Positions 25,406 to 33,745 of a stretch of 42,576 nucleotides of DNA are shown piece by piece. The translations under genes were made by a program, and so were the position numbers. Numbering within the stretch: the first letter of the stretch is position 1; each line of letters starts with the position of its first letter. The stretch lies in the IMG/VR virus record IMGVR_UViG_3300016665_000124; one strand, written 5' to 3'. The notes beneath the pieces are model-generated. The model did not search any database and was not told the origin of the DNA. It saw only the letters and a program-made list of their open reading frames with translations. This stretch comes from a virus.

Positions 25406-26850
25406 GTCGTGACATCCATGTCCTCCATATCAGGTGATTCGGTTGGGATGGATGTGGTTTCAGCCACATTTTGCGGTTGCTCCATCGTGATTAGGCCGCC
25501 CTGCTGCGTTGCCTCTAGCTCTTCTTCAACATCAAAGTCATCGCCAAGCACCTCGCCCTGCGCCAGGTTTGTCAGTAGGGTTTCCTGCGTAATGACGCCA
25601 GCCGTATAAAGCTCCCGCAATGCGGTGATCTCCTGCGGATCAAGCCTGCTGCCCAAGAAATCACGGTTGACATAACTACTGCCGACTTGCGTGATATTGA
25701 GATATTGCGCGTGGAAAGACAGGCAGTTGTCGATCATGTCCTGCACCTGCTGCGCGATCACCATCATGGTGCTGTCGCCTTGGCTGCGGTCGATGCGTTT
25801 GGCTTCAGCGGTTTCAGCACTGAGTTTCTGCCCTAGCACTGCCGATAGGCCTAGTTCATTGATCTGTGCTGCCAGTTGGTCCAGTCGGCGGAACTGCGCA
25901 TCAAATGCCCCGGTCTGTGGCGCGATGTACTCAGCACGACCTTCAGCAGGGAATGCAATGGCTTCGCCAGGTCCAGCCGATACTTCTTCGGCACTGCTTG
26001 GAAACCCAAAGAAGGCCAGCATCGGTACGGCACTGATATGAAGCTGGTTATCAAGGTCCGACTGCGCTTGATATGCCTTTAGGTTCAGCTCTGCGATGTC
26101 CTCCAGCGGTGGCCTGGATTCCAGCAGCGCCACACGATTAGCGTAGGCCACGGCAAAAGGAATCCGGTCAAGGCTTGTAGAGCCCTGCTCAAATAGTTCA
26201 AAATCACCTTTATCAGTTTTGCGGTGCAGCTCATATCCGCCTGGCGTTAGGAGCCTGATCTGCTCGACGAGTTTGTCGCCATATTCACCATCAGGAACGG
26301 TGACTGTTTCTTGAAGGCGTAACTGAATCAGCTGCTGCTGGCCTTCGATCAATTCAGTACGCCAGCCAAGGATTTCGCGTGGGGTGTATGCAACCCAGTA
26401 CGGACGACCTTGCTGGCCAGCGGCTGGTGCATCAACAAGCACACCAACATGGCCGTATCTGATGAGCTTGCGGGCTGTTTCGTATGTCCAAACATTGAGG
26501 TCATTGCCTTGGAGGTCTACATCAAACAGCTGTTCACGGATGGCATCATTGACATCATTGAGCTTGACCGGCTTGCGGGTCAACATCCCAGCCAGCATTC
26601 GCTCAAGCCGCTGGTAGAACGGTGGACAGACGCTACGGGCTAAGCGGTTGTCGTAGGACTCATCCTGCTCTCGTGGTTCCTGCGGTAGATAGCGGCGATG
26701 CTTGCGCCTCATGCCGTAGGTGCCGCTCATCAAATCTTCGATCAAGATCCAATGAGGCTCTTGCGCAAACCATGCTGTGCTTGGATCGTTGACCCTTGCA
26801 ACGGTACGGCGTGCAATGGGCCGATCGTATTGGCGGGAACCGGAATACAT
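25402..26850 (-). CDS. Portal protein
   Basis: 482 aa between the terminase and Mu-F-like genes, with an acidic C-terminus. Size and synteny support the call. Confidence 0.8.
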   Translation of the reverse strand: MYSGSRQYDRPIARRTVARVNDPSTAWFAQEPHWILIEDLMSGTYGMRRKHRRYLPQEPREQDESYDNRLARSVCPPFYQRLERMLAGMLTRKPVKLNDVNDAIREQLFDVDLQGNDLNVWTYETARKLIRYGHVGVLVDAPAAGQQGRPYWVAYTPREILGWRTELIEGQQQLIQLRLQETVTVPDGEYGDKLVEQIRLLTPGGYELHRKTDKGDFELFEQGSTSLDRIPFAVAYANRVALLESRPPLEDIAELNLKAYQAQSDLDNQLHISAVPMLAFFGFPSSAEEVSAGPGEAIAFPAEGRAEYIAPQTGAFDAQFRRLDQLAAQINELGLSAVLGQKLSAETAEAKRIDRSQGDSTMMVIAQQVQDMIDNCLSFHAQYLNITQVGSSYVNRDFLGSRLDPQEITALRELYTAGVITQETLLTNLAQGEVLGDDFDVEEELEATQQGGLITMEQPQNVAETTSIPTESPDMEDMDVTT

Positions 26851-26852
26851 GG

Positions 26853-26981
26853 CTAGATGGGGCGACTAACTACGGTTTTGGCGGTGCCATCTGCTTTTAC
26901 CTTAATAATGCGATGAATGCGAGGCTCGTTTCCTTTTGGCTTGAGTAGGCGCCCAACGGCAGTGATGGCAGGATTGCTCAT
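26853..26981 (-). CDS. 42-aa hypothetical protein
   Basis: Hand-translated MSNPAITAVGRLLKPKGNEPRIHRIIKVKADGTAKTVVSRPI, ATGA-coupled upstream. Its stop lies 2 nt before the portal ATG. Confidence 0.35.
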   Translation of the reverse strand: MSNPAITAVGRLLKPKGNEPRIHRIIKVKADGTAKTVVSRPI

Positions 26982-27112
26982 TCTTCGTCATCCCCACTTT
27001 CAAGAACCTGCAAAACCAGGTCGTGTTTCAGGAGTTCAAGGTAGCCAATGACTTCAGCGGCATTCATGCCCCCTTCAATCATGGAGTCGATCGCGGTGCT
27101 TAATTGTTCCAT
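26978..27112 (-). CDS. 44-aa acidic hypothetical protein
   Basis: Hand-translated MEQLSTAIDSMIEGGMNAAEVIGYLELLKHDLVLQVLESGDDEE. Confidence 0.35.
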   Translation of the reverse strand: MEQLSTAIDSMIEGGMNAAEVIGYLELLKHDLVLQVLESGDDEE

Positions 27113-27135
27113 GGATCCATGACAACGAAATCAGT

Positions 27136-27885
27136 CTACTTTGCCTTGCGCCTTCTTTTGCGCTTTGGTGGTCCTTGTGTATTGCGAGGACCTGGCCTGA
27201 TATTGCTCTTTGCGGCTTTTGCCTTGCCAGCGCCCATGAATGCCATTTGATTGGCATAGATCTGTTGAGCCCTAGCTGCTGGCTTGCTGCCACGAGCGGC
27301 TGCAGCTGCAGCTCTTTCCATCCGTCGGCGGATTACCCTTTGCCCCTTCCGTGTGCCGAAAATGCCGATTTCGATGCCTGCCATAAAGCGATCGGCACTG
27401 CTCTTGCTTAAGCGATCTTGCATCGCCTTGGCATTCATTCGGTCAAACCTACTGCTGATCTGCTTAATTCTTGAAACAGACTGCTTCATGTCCTTCATTG
27501 ACTTATCTATATCACTGATCCTGCGATCTGCTTGCCTCTCTAGTTGGCCAATGCGCAGCCTTGGGGTTTTTGGATTAAATGTTCTAACTGCATTTGCCTT
27601 TACGACTAATGGCCCGCGCCTTGCGCGTCTTGTTGATTTGATGCTATTCCCTGGCTCTATGCGCTTCAATCCACCAGTTGCCCTGATATTGCTTGCCGGG
27701 GCTGTCTTAGCTGTTGTTCGCTTGCGCTTGCCAAGCGTGCCCACTGGTGCAGTGCCGCCAATGCGCTTGGTTTGAGTGGTGTATCGCCTGCCACTTGCTG
27801 TGGTCAACCTTCCGCCGCGGGCCGTAGCACCAGTGCTGCTAAAGCGCCCACGTCGATCTCGCGCATAAGTACGGGCCATGGTCAA
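27136..27885 (-). CDS. Highly basic 249-aa protein between terminase and portal (possible packaged DNA-binding or ejection protein)
   Basis: Arg/Lys dominate both termini (RDRRGRFSSTGATARGGR..., ...PPKRKRRRKAK), with a helical middle. No recognisable catalytic motif. Confidence 0.6.
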   Translation of the reverse strand: MTMARTYARDRRGRFSSTGATARGGRLTTASGRRYTTQTKRIGGTAPVGTLGKRKRTTAKTAPASNIRATGGLKRIEPGNSIKSTRRARRGPLVVKANAVRTFNPKTPRLRIGQLERQADRRISDIDKSMKDMKQSVSRIKQISSRFDRMNAKAMQDRLSKSSADRFMAGIEIGIFGTRKGQRVIRRRMERAAAAAARGSKPAARAQQIYANQMAFMGAGKAKAAKSNIRPGPRNTQGPPKRKRRRKAK

Positions 27886-27908
27886 CTATCTACTGTCATG
27901 ATGCTAGC

Positions 27909-29258
27909 TCAATAGATTCGGATGCCAGTTCCACGCCCAGCACCAGCGTGCAATGGGTTGAACTCACGCCATACTAGATAGCCAAGGGCATCGTTCATGT
28001 GATCAAATCCCGCATCCTTGTCGGGTTCGCCTTTATCAGTGTAGGACTGCAGTTCCAAGCACTCAATCAGTCGCTTGCATGTTGCCGATACTTGCAGCCT
28101 GACCTGGCCTTTGCCGTTTTCCAATAGCGCCTGCACAGCCGCGACACGATCGCGAACTGGAGGATTGGCGCGTGGCGACTGGTTGGACATGCCGTAGGAC
28201 TCAAGGATCTGTACGTCAGTCTGGCTTGCGTTTGTGCTGCGGTTGCCGCCGCTGGCATCTGGGTAGGCGTACATGCGCCGACGCGGATAACGCCTGACGA
28301 TCTCCTGGGCCAGGGCATCCGTGTCATGGGCGCCGCTGATCTCATCGATCACCAGCAAGCTGGCGCCAAGCCGCACGGCAATCACTGCAGACATGTTGCC
28401 GACGTTAAAGTCAACGCCTATGCGCAACGGCTCGTGGTCGGTGTCTGGCAGCTCATTGACCAGATGCTTGTTGCGGTTGAACCTGTCGTAGACCTGTCCC
28501 GTCGTGAGATTGACGAACTCACCGTCCAGGTAGGCACGTAGCAGGCTTGGGTCATAGTTGGCCTGAAGCCGTTCGATGAAGTCTGGCGGCAAGTGTGGAT
28601 TATCAGCGGACCGCATCTTGATCAGATGCCGGTCTGACCTTGTCTTGGCCTCGTCGCTGCCAAAGGTATTCCACATCCATCGAAACCCTTCCGGCGTGCT
28701 GGCTGCACCGAACTGCCGCACATTGCCCGCACGCAAGCGGCCGAGGATTTTAGGAAATGCCTTGTTGGCGATGCTGGGCGTCACCGTGTCGATCTCGTCG
28801 GCCAACACCCAGGCAAGGTTGAGGCCAATGATGCGCGACCAGTTCTCAAAGCTGCGGCAAAGGATCTTAGTGTCACCGCCAGGTAAGTGCAGCATGTACT
28901 CAGGAAGCGGTGATGCCCTGAAGGTGTAGGGAATGTCGTAGGCCTCAAGGAACTGCTCGAAGTCGGTCTGCCAGATGTCGCGGATCAATGGGCCGGTCGG
29001 TTCCATGACCGCACCGATAAAGCCTTGATTGGCTGCGGCAAGCATCACCGCCTTGGCGCATAGGGCCCTGGTTTTGCCGGCGCCATAACCAGCGCTGATG
29101 CCAAGGATCTGCGTGGTGGTGTCATCGACAAACGCGAGCTGCCCTGGATGTAGGCCATTGCGGATACGTTGCAGCAGCTCGTCGGTGTCCTGCTGCGTGG
29201 CGACCTCCATAAAGCCAAGCAAGCTGCCGGGCTCACAGATGCCAGCGAGCAGGCTCAT
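27909..29258 (-). CDS. terL: Terminase large subunit
   Basis: Walker A GISAGYGAGKT, Walker B LAWVLADEID, a C-terminal nuclease-like region, and ATGA coupling to the small-subunit candidate. Confidence 0.85.
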   Translation of the reverse strand: MSLLAGICEPGSLLGFMEVATQQDTDELLQRIRNGLHPGQLAFVDDTTTQILGISAGYGAGKTRALCAKAVMLAAANQGFIGAVMEPTGPLIRDIWQTDFEQFLEAYDIPYTFRASPLPEYMLHLPGGDTKILCRSFENWSRIIGLNLAWVLADEIDTVTPSIANKAFPKILGRLRAGNVRQFGAASTPEGFRWMWNTFGSDEAKTRSDRHLIKMRSADNPHLPPDFIERLQANYDPSLLRAYLDGEFVNLTTGQVYDRFNRNKHLVNELPDTDHEPLRIGVDFNVGNMSAVIAVRLGASLLVIDEISGAHDTDALAQEIVRRYPRRRMYAYPDASGGNRSTNASQTDVQILESYGMSNQSPRANPPVRDRVAAVQALLENGKGQVRLQVSATCKRLIECLELQSYTDKGEPDKDAGFDHMNDALGYLVWREFNPLHAGAGRGTGIRIY

Positions 29259-29578
29259 GACATCTCAAACCGCAGCAGCTTGGCCTGATCTTCTAGGGCT
29301 TTTAGAGCAACGCTGATCTGGTTTTTATCAGATGCTCGTCGTTCATATTCTTGAAGCCGAGCAATAGCGGCAGCAAGCCATTGAGGGCGCTCTAGCTCAG
29401 CATCGAGCGCCATAAGTTGACGAGCACGAGCCATGTAATTCTCGGCTTGACGCTCACCAACATTCCATTGTTCCGAACAATGGCGAACAATTTGTGTTCT
29501 ACTGTATGCACGCAAAAGGAGATCGTAAACGGCATTTACCCGTTCGTCGATCTCCGTGTTGGTGCCTTTTCTAGCCAC
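29255..29578 (-). CDS. terS: Terminase small subunit candidate (HTH)
   Basis: 107 aa. The YSRTQIVRHCSEQWNVGERQAENYMARA HTH-like segment, directly upstream of terL. Confidence 0.55.
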   Translation of the reverse strand: MARKGTNTEIDERVNAVYDLLLRAYSRTQIVRHCSEQWNVGERQAENYMARARQLMALDAELERPQWLAAAIARLQEYERRASDKNQISVALKALEDQAKLLRFEMS

Positions 29579-30611
29579 GTATCTGAACCGGCATGATCAA
29601 GTTGGTCTGTTCCATTGTATCAAGCGGACGAATGACGATGGGTGTGGTTGCCGTATTGGCTGAAATTACCACCTCGTCACCGTCAAGGCCTTGCAGTGCA
29701 TCCAGGAGATAGGCAGCGTTCATGGCAAGGGTCGGCAGGGTGCCACAGCCGATGATGGTCTCCTCGCCGCCGGAGCCTTCGGATTCTGCGGCGACGGACT
29801 TGGCGGTGAGCTTGATGATGCCGTTACCGCTGACGATAGCGGCACGTTGAATGGCGACGATCAGGTCGTCGCGGTCGAACTGACAGGTGTGTTTGAAATC
29901 CTGCGGGACGAGGCTTTGAACCTGAGGGTAGGTGCCTTGTAGCAGACGGCAGATGATCTGCGCGCCACCTGCTAGCTGCAGGTTGGCGTAGGTGTCATCG
30001 GCTGCGATGGATAGCGGTCCATGGCATAGGCGCAGCAGCCGTGCTGGCAATACCAGGTTGAGGGTGCCGTCCCAGTTGAGCTGACGAATGGCGAGGCGAT
30101 GGCCATCGGTGGCCTCGAGGGTGAGCACACCACCTGCAGCGTGAAGGTGTACGCCTTGCAGCAGGGCCTTGGCGGCATCGTTGCTGGCGGCTGTGGTGAC
30201 GGCAGCGATGGCAGGCCCGAGGTCGATCAGGTCCGAAGGCTCGGCTGTGATGACCGGCAGCGTGGGGAAGTCTTCGGCTTCGTGCGACTGAAGGCTGTAG
30301 GAGCCGCTTGTGGTGGCCAGCTTGAGTGATTGCCCGTCTAAGGCCACCGTGAGCGGCCCTGAGCCGTCCAGGCGGCCCACGAGGTCCGCCAGCAGCCGAT
30401 GGGGCGGGCAGGCAGCCCCAGGGGCCTCTACAGCGGCCGGGATGGCGATGCTGATGCCGGTCTCCAGGTCGTAGGTGGTGAGGCGCACGGCATCGGCTTC
30501 AGCGGTGAGCAGGACACCGCTGAGGACTTGATGCTGCTTGCCGGAACCAACGGCTTTGGCGACGGCTTTGAGGGCGGCGCTGAGATCAGCGCATGAGGCG
30601 ACGAACTTCAT
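29571..30611 (-). CDS. dnaN: DNA polymerase III beta sliding-clamp homolog
   Basis: From the internal ATG: MKFVASCADLSAALKAVAKAVGSGKQHQVLSGVLLTAEADAVRLTTYDLETGISI..., ~346 aa with a three-domain length. The upstream 61 codons of the track ORF look non-coding. Confidence 0.75.
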   Translation of the reverse strand: MKFVASCADLSAALKAVAKAVGSGKQHQVLSGVLLTAEADAVRLTTYDLETGISIAIPAAVEAPGAACPPHRLLADLVGRLDGSGPLTVALDGQSLKLATTSGSYSLQSHEAEDFPTLPVITAEPSDLIDLGPAIAAVTTAASNDAAKALLQGVHLHAAGGVLTLEATDGHRLAIRQLNWDGTLNLVLPARLLRLCHGPLSIAADDTYANLQLAGGAQIICRLLQGTYPQVQSLVPQDFKHTCQFDRDDLIVAIQRAAIVSGNGIIKLTAKSVAAESEGSGGEETIIGCGTLPTLAMNAAYLLDALQGLDGDEVVISANTATTPIVIRPLDTMEQTNLIMPVQIRG

Positions 30612-30786
30612 CGGCGGATTGGGTGAGGGCAGAGATCTGGTCGTCGGTGTAGCCGCGGTATTTGCGGCAATGGCTGAGGAACAGATCGAAGTGGTCCAGG
30701 AAGTAGAGCGCGTCCTCTTCGCTGGGCTGCTGGCGTGAGCCAAGGCAGTCCACGTAGAAGGCGATGGCAGGAGAGGGCTGAGCCAT
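30586..30786 (-). CDS. 66-aa hypothetical protein upstream of dnaN
   Basis: The internal ATG of track ORF 30586..30945 gives MAQPSPAIAFYVDCLGSRQQPSEEDALYFLDHFDLFLSHCRKYRGYTDDQISALTQSADEVRRLMR. It overlaps the dnaN start by 26 nt. Confidence 0.4.
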   Translation of the reverse strand: MAQPSPAIAFYVDCLGSRQQPSEEDALYFLDHFDLFLSHCRKYRGYTDDQISALTQSADEVRRLMR

Positions 30787-30843
30787 GGGGCCATGGTGCC
30801 TGATCCATGGCGCTGATGCCATCAAATGTTGCGACTTGTGACG

Positions 30844-30945
30844 CCGGACGCCAAACCCATTGGCATGACTGGGTTCGGGCGCAAGTCGGACGCAAGCGGA
30901 CGCAAGTCGGACGCCAAAACCCTTGCAAACACTGGGCGGACGCAA
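30844..30945 (+). repeat. Left iteron array: six copies of TCGGACGCAA-like 10-mers
   Basis: Copies start at 30844, 30875, 30886, 30896, 30907 and 30936 (8-10/10 match). The four central ones are spaced 10-11 bp apart. Confidence 0.85.
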
Positions 30946-30956
30946 AAACGGGGGTT

Positions 30957-31040
30957 CCCCTTACCTTCCCTATACGTAAAAAATGTTCACCCCGTAACAC
31001 TGCCCCCCCTTTCTAAAAATCTGATTTGATTTACCCTTAT
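30957..31040. promoter_or_regulatory. AT-rich spacer between inverted iteron arrays (candidate DNA unwinding element; may also carry a leftward promoter)
   Basis: Contains an A6 run (30978-30983), a C7 run (31003-31009), ttctaaaaatctgatttgattt, and no convincing ORF. Confidence 0.5.
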
Positions 31041-31137
31041 TTGCGTCCGACAAGGCAAGAAGGTAGATAGGGACAAGGTTTTTGCGTCCGAAATTTGCGT
31101 CCGACTTGCGTCCGACACGGACGCAATTTGCGTCCGA
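31041..31137 (-). repeat. Right iteron array: five perfect TTGCGTCCGA copies plus one inverted copy
   Basis: Perfect 10-mers at 31041, 31082, 31095, 31106 and 31128, and an inverted ACGGACGCAA at 31117. CGGACGCAA-t-TTGCGTCCG forms a 9-bp-arm palindrome abutting the primase stop codon. Confidence 0.9.
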
Positions 31138-31139
31138 CG

Positions 31140-33503
31140 TCATGCCCATGAATCCAGCCTGAGACCCACCAAGAGACGATCACGACTCTTTCCGCCGCCT
31201 CTGTCGGACGCAAGTTTCGGGAAGATCTGCCGCAATGCCGGCATCAGTAGACGCGGTGCCTTGACCGTCCGATCAGCCGGCGGATCCATCAGCCAGCGCC
31301 CACCAGCGTCGATATAACCTTCCTCGCGATACCAGTTCTGTAGAGCGTCCCAAACGCGTTTGCAAGACACTTGTGCATTTTCATCCCAGGTCAATCCGAC
31401 GGCATCGCAGAAATCCCAAAGGTGACAAGATCCACGCCTTACATCTTGCATAGCCTGGTTGCCGGTGGCGTAGTCGATACCATCCGAAACACTGAGCGCC
31501 ATGCCTTCAAGAAGCCAATTTAAGAACGATGGGCAGATTTGCTCTTGGATGAAAGATGGGTCGTCCTTTAGCCTTGGATCTGCCTGTAGATGCGTCGGCT
31601 CTGTTGGTGTTGCCATGAAAGTTTTGCGGAACTTAAACACATGGAACCGCGTCTCAATGGCAGCCTGCTCACCAGTCAGTGATGGATCCTTGTTCAAATT
31701 GAACACAAACAGCACGGACGGTACAAACTGAGACTCCTGCACACCCTTCAACTCGTAAGACAATTCCTCGCCGCTGATTGCGGCTTTAAGTGATTGCAGG
31801 TTGTCAATACTGACGAATTGCGAGTTTTCACTGGACCAATTAACCGATGCACCACGAAGCGGCGCGATTGGAAACTTGCGGCCTTGGTCGTACTGCCGAA
31901 AATCAGCCAGAGTGCAAGAGGTGAAATTGCGACTACCGAGCGTGTCTCGCAATGCCGTGCGGATGGTGTCCTTGCCGTTGCTGCCTTCACCGATCATCAG
32001 CACTGCGCGAGGACGGCCTCTGGTGGCGCGATATTTGGCAAGATCAAGGCCGCTGCCAAGGATGCGCTGGATAGTGTCACGGTCACCAGGCTCTACGGCT
32101 TCCAGCAATCGCCATAGGTGCTGTGCGTTGGCTTGAGGGTCGTAGTCATAGTCGGTGACGTAGGTAAAGGCCACATCCGGGTTATGCGGTGTGAAGGACA
32201 GGTCGAGCTTGCGGCCTGACCATGACCAAGACACCACGCCATTGCGGCAGTTAATGGCATTCGATGGGTTGACATCAACCGGCTTGAGGAGCCGCCGCAT
32301 CCATGCCAGGGCTTCATCCACATATTTGGGACGGCGCCATGGGTAGACCGGTTCCGACTGCTTTTCGGTTCTGACATGCAGCAACGAGAGAAAAGCCGCC
32401 AGCTCAGGCGCTATCTCCTCGTCGGGCCTTGCTTGGTAATGCGTGCCATTCCAGCAATGGAGTACACCGTCAACACAAATCCAGCGGTCACGGGGATGCT
32501 TGAAGACATGGGTGACAGCAAGATCAAGCCATTCGGTGCCGGCCTTGTCATAGAGCTGCAGGTTGACGACCTCACCATCTGATGCCTGCCGACGCGGCCG
32601 AGGCATTGGCGTCGCTGGCCTCCAGCCGTGATGCCGCGCCCAGTACCAGAAGGTGCCAGCGGTGATGCGCTCACCACCTGAGGATGCGATCTGCTCAAGG
32701 CCTTGCCATTGCGGGCTGTGCTGCTGCATCAGCTCAATGGCGAGGTCGGCGCTACCGCAGGCTTGGATCAGCCCCCAGAAGATGTTGCGGTAGATGTGGT
32801 AAGTGCCGCTACCTGGTGTGCGTGGCGGGATAACAGCAAGGGCATCACGGATGTCGCTAATGCTGCGCTCTACTGGTTCGGTGTGCTGCTGTGCTGGCTT
32901 CTGGTGCTGATAGAAGGCCTCGGACGGCAGGACCGCTTCGATGTCGGCAACGGTGTAGCGATGGCCAGCGCTAGTGACCATCTGGCACGGATCACCGAGA
33001 CTGCCATCAGCCATGGCGTAGTAGCTGCCGGGCAACCGCATGACGCGCGAGGCGTTTTTGATGCTGCGGTCGGCATCGCAATAGTCGAGTAGTCGCGCCT
33101 GCACCAGCTCCCAGTGAGCCGGTGTAATCGGATCGGTAAGAACCCAGTAGCTGTGGATGGACTTGCCGCCGGTATTGATCTGAAACGTGGGCTCAGGCAA
33201 CTTGAGCGACTGCCATGCGGTGAGCTGCCATTCGCGCGGTCGGTCGTCCCATTCAGCAAAGAAGGCACGACAGGCGGTGATGTCGGCATTGGTGTCACCG
33301 CCATCGTTGATGACGACGTAGACGCCACGACCTTCGGCTTGCCATTGCTCGATGAGCTTCTTGGAGGCACCACCTTTGCGGCCCTTGTCGGTGCCCTTGT
33401 CTGGGTGGTCGCGATGGAGGAAGGCGCGAAGACGGATGGCGCCGGCGGGTTTGCCGAGCAGGGCAATGAACCGACGAGCTTCATCAAAGTCGATTGGTTT
33501 CAT
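31140..33503 (-). CDS. Bifunctional primase (prim-pol/RepB'-like N-terminus) and SF3 (P4/D5-type) helicase
   Basis: 787 aa. The N-terminus has GVYVVINDGG...AFFAEWD...GGKSIHSYWVL (primase-polymerase-like), and the C-terminus has Walker A VLMIGEGSNGKDT in a P4/D5-like NTPase context. Confidence 0.8.
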   Translation of the reverse strand: MKPIDFDEARRFIALLGKPAGAIRLRAFLHRDHPDKGTDKGRKGGASKKLIEQWQAEGRGVYVVINDGGDTNADITACRAFFAEWDDRPREWQLTAWQSLKLPEPTFQINTGGKSIHSYWVLTDPITPAHWELVQARLLDYCDADRSIKNASRVMRLPGSYYAMADGSLGDPCQMVTSAGHRYTVADIEAVLPSEAFYQHQKPAQQHTEPVERSISDIRDALAVIPPRTPGSGTYHIYRNIFWGLIQACGSADLAIELMQQHSPQWQGLEQIASSGGERITAGTFWYWARHHGWRPATPMPRPRRQASDGEVVNLQLYDKAGTEWLDLAVTHVFKHPRDRWICVDGVLHCWNGTHYQARPDEEIAPELAAFLSLLHVRTEKQSEPVYPWRRPKYVDEALAWMRRLLKPVDVNPSNAINCRNGVVSWSWSGRKLDLSFTPHNPDVAFTYVTDYDYDPQANAQHLWRLLEAVEPGDRDTIQRILGSGLDLAKYRATRGRPRAVLMIGEGSNGKDTIRTALRDTLGSRNFTSCTLADFRQYDQGRKFPIAPLRGASVNWSSENSQFVSIDNLQSLKAAISGEELSYELKGVQESQFVPSVLFVFNLNKDPSLTGEQAAIETRFHVFKFRKTFMATPTEPTHLQADPRLKDDPSFIQEQICPSFLNWLLEGMALSVSDGIDYATGNQAMQDVRRGSCHLWDFCDAVGLTWDENAQVSCKRVWDALQNWYREEGYIDAGGRWLMDPPADRTVKAPRLLMPALRQIFPKLASDRGGGKSRDRLLVGLRLDSWA

Positions 33504-33676
33504 GCCTGCTCCTGCGACTTGCTGGCCGGCAGGATGCCGTCACGATGGAATCGCATGGCCTCCTGGATCACGAGGCGCAATGTTGCAGATCGTGACAGGC
33601 CAGCTGGCCGCCAGGAATCAAGCCATTGCAGCTGCTCTGCGGTCAGTTGCACGGATAACGGATGGGCGAGTGGCAT
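33500..33676 (-). CDS. Ribbon-helix-helix (CopG/Arc-like) regulator, first gene of the leftward arm
   Basis: From ATG 33676: MPLAHPLSVQLTAEQLQWLDSWRPAGLSRSATLRLVIQEAMRF, a beta-strand plus two helices. The longer start at 33727 would bury the divergent promoter region. Confidence 0.6.
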   Translation of the reverse strand: MPLAHPLSVQLTAEQLQWLDSWRPAGLSRSATLRLVIQEAMRFHRDGILPASKSQEQA

Positions 33677-33693
33677 GGCGCCTGCGGTGACGC

Positions 33694-33721
33694 TTGACAG
33701 GCTAGCGGGTTCCGCTAGAGT
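33694..33721 (+). promoter_or_regulatory. Candidate rightward promoter (TTGACA - 16 nt - TAGAGT)
   Basis: Perfect -35 at 33694-33699 and a 4/6 -10 at 33716-33721, 25 nt upstream of the ATG at 33746. A mirrored leftward TTGGCA-17-TAGCCT lies on the other strand. Confidence 0.5.
33702..33718. promoter_or_regulatory. Operator-like perfect palindrome CTAGCGG-gtt-CCGCTAG within both promoter spacers
   Basis: 7-bp arms seen directly. Outer arms CGCTTG (33691-96) and CAAGCG (33725-30) extend the symmetry. Confidence 0.6.
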
Positions 33722-33745
33722 TGCCAAGCGTCACGCCCAGGTTCA

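Noticed and set aside
30608-31016. Track ORFs overlapping the iteron region (30608..31000 minus, 30807..31016 plus, 30826..31029 plus, and the 5' half of 30586..30945)
   Set aside because: Their reading frames are generated by the repeated 10-mers (the translations repeat RTQVG/GVR-type strings). A non-coding origin or regulatory array is the simpler explanation.
30844-31137. Possibility that the short repeat arrays are a CRISPR array
   Set aside because: The repeats are only 10 bp, spaced 10-13 bp apart, and present in both orientations around an AT-rich core, with no cas genes. This is iteron-like, not CRISPR-like.
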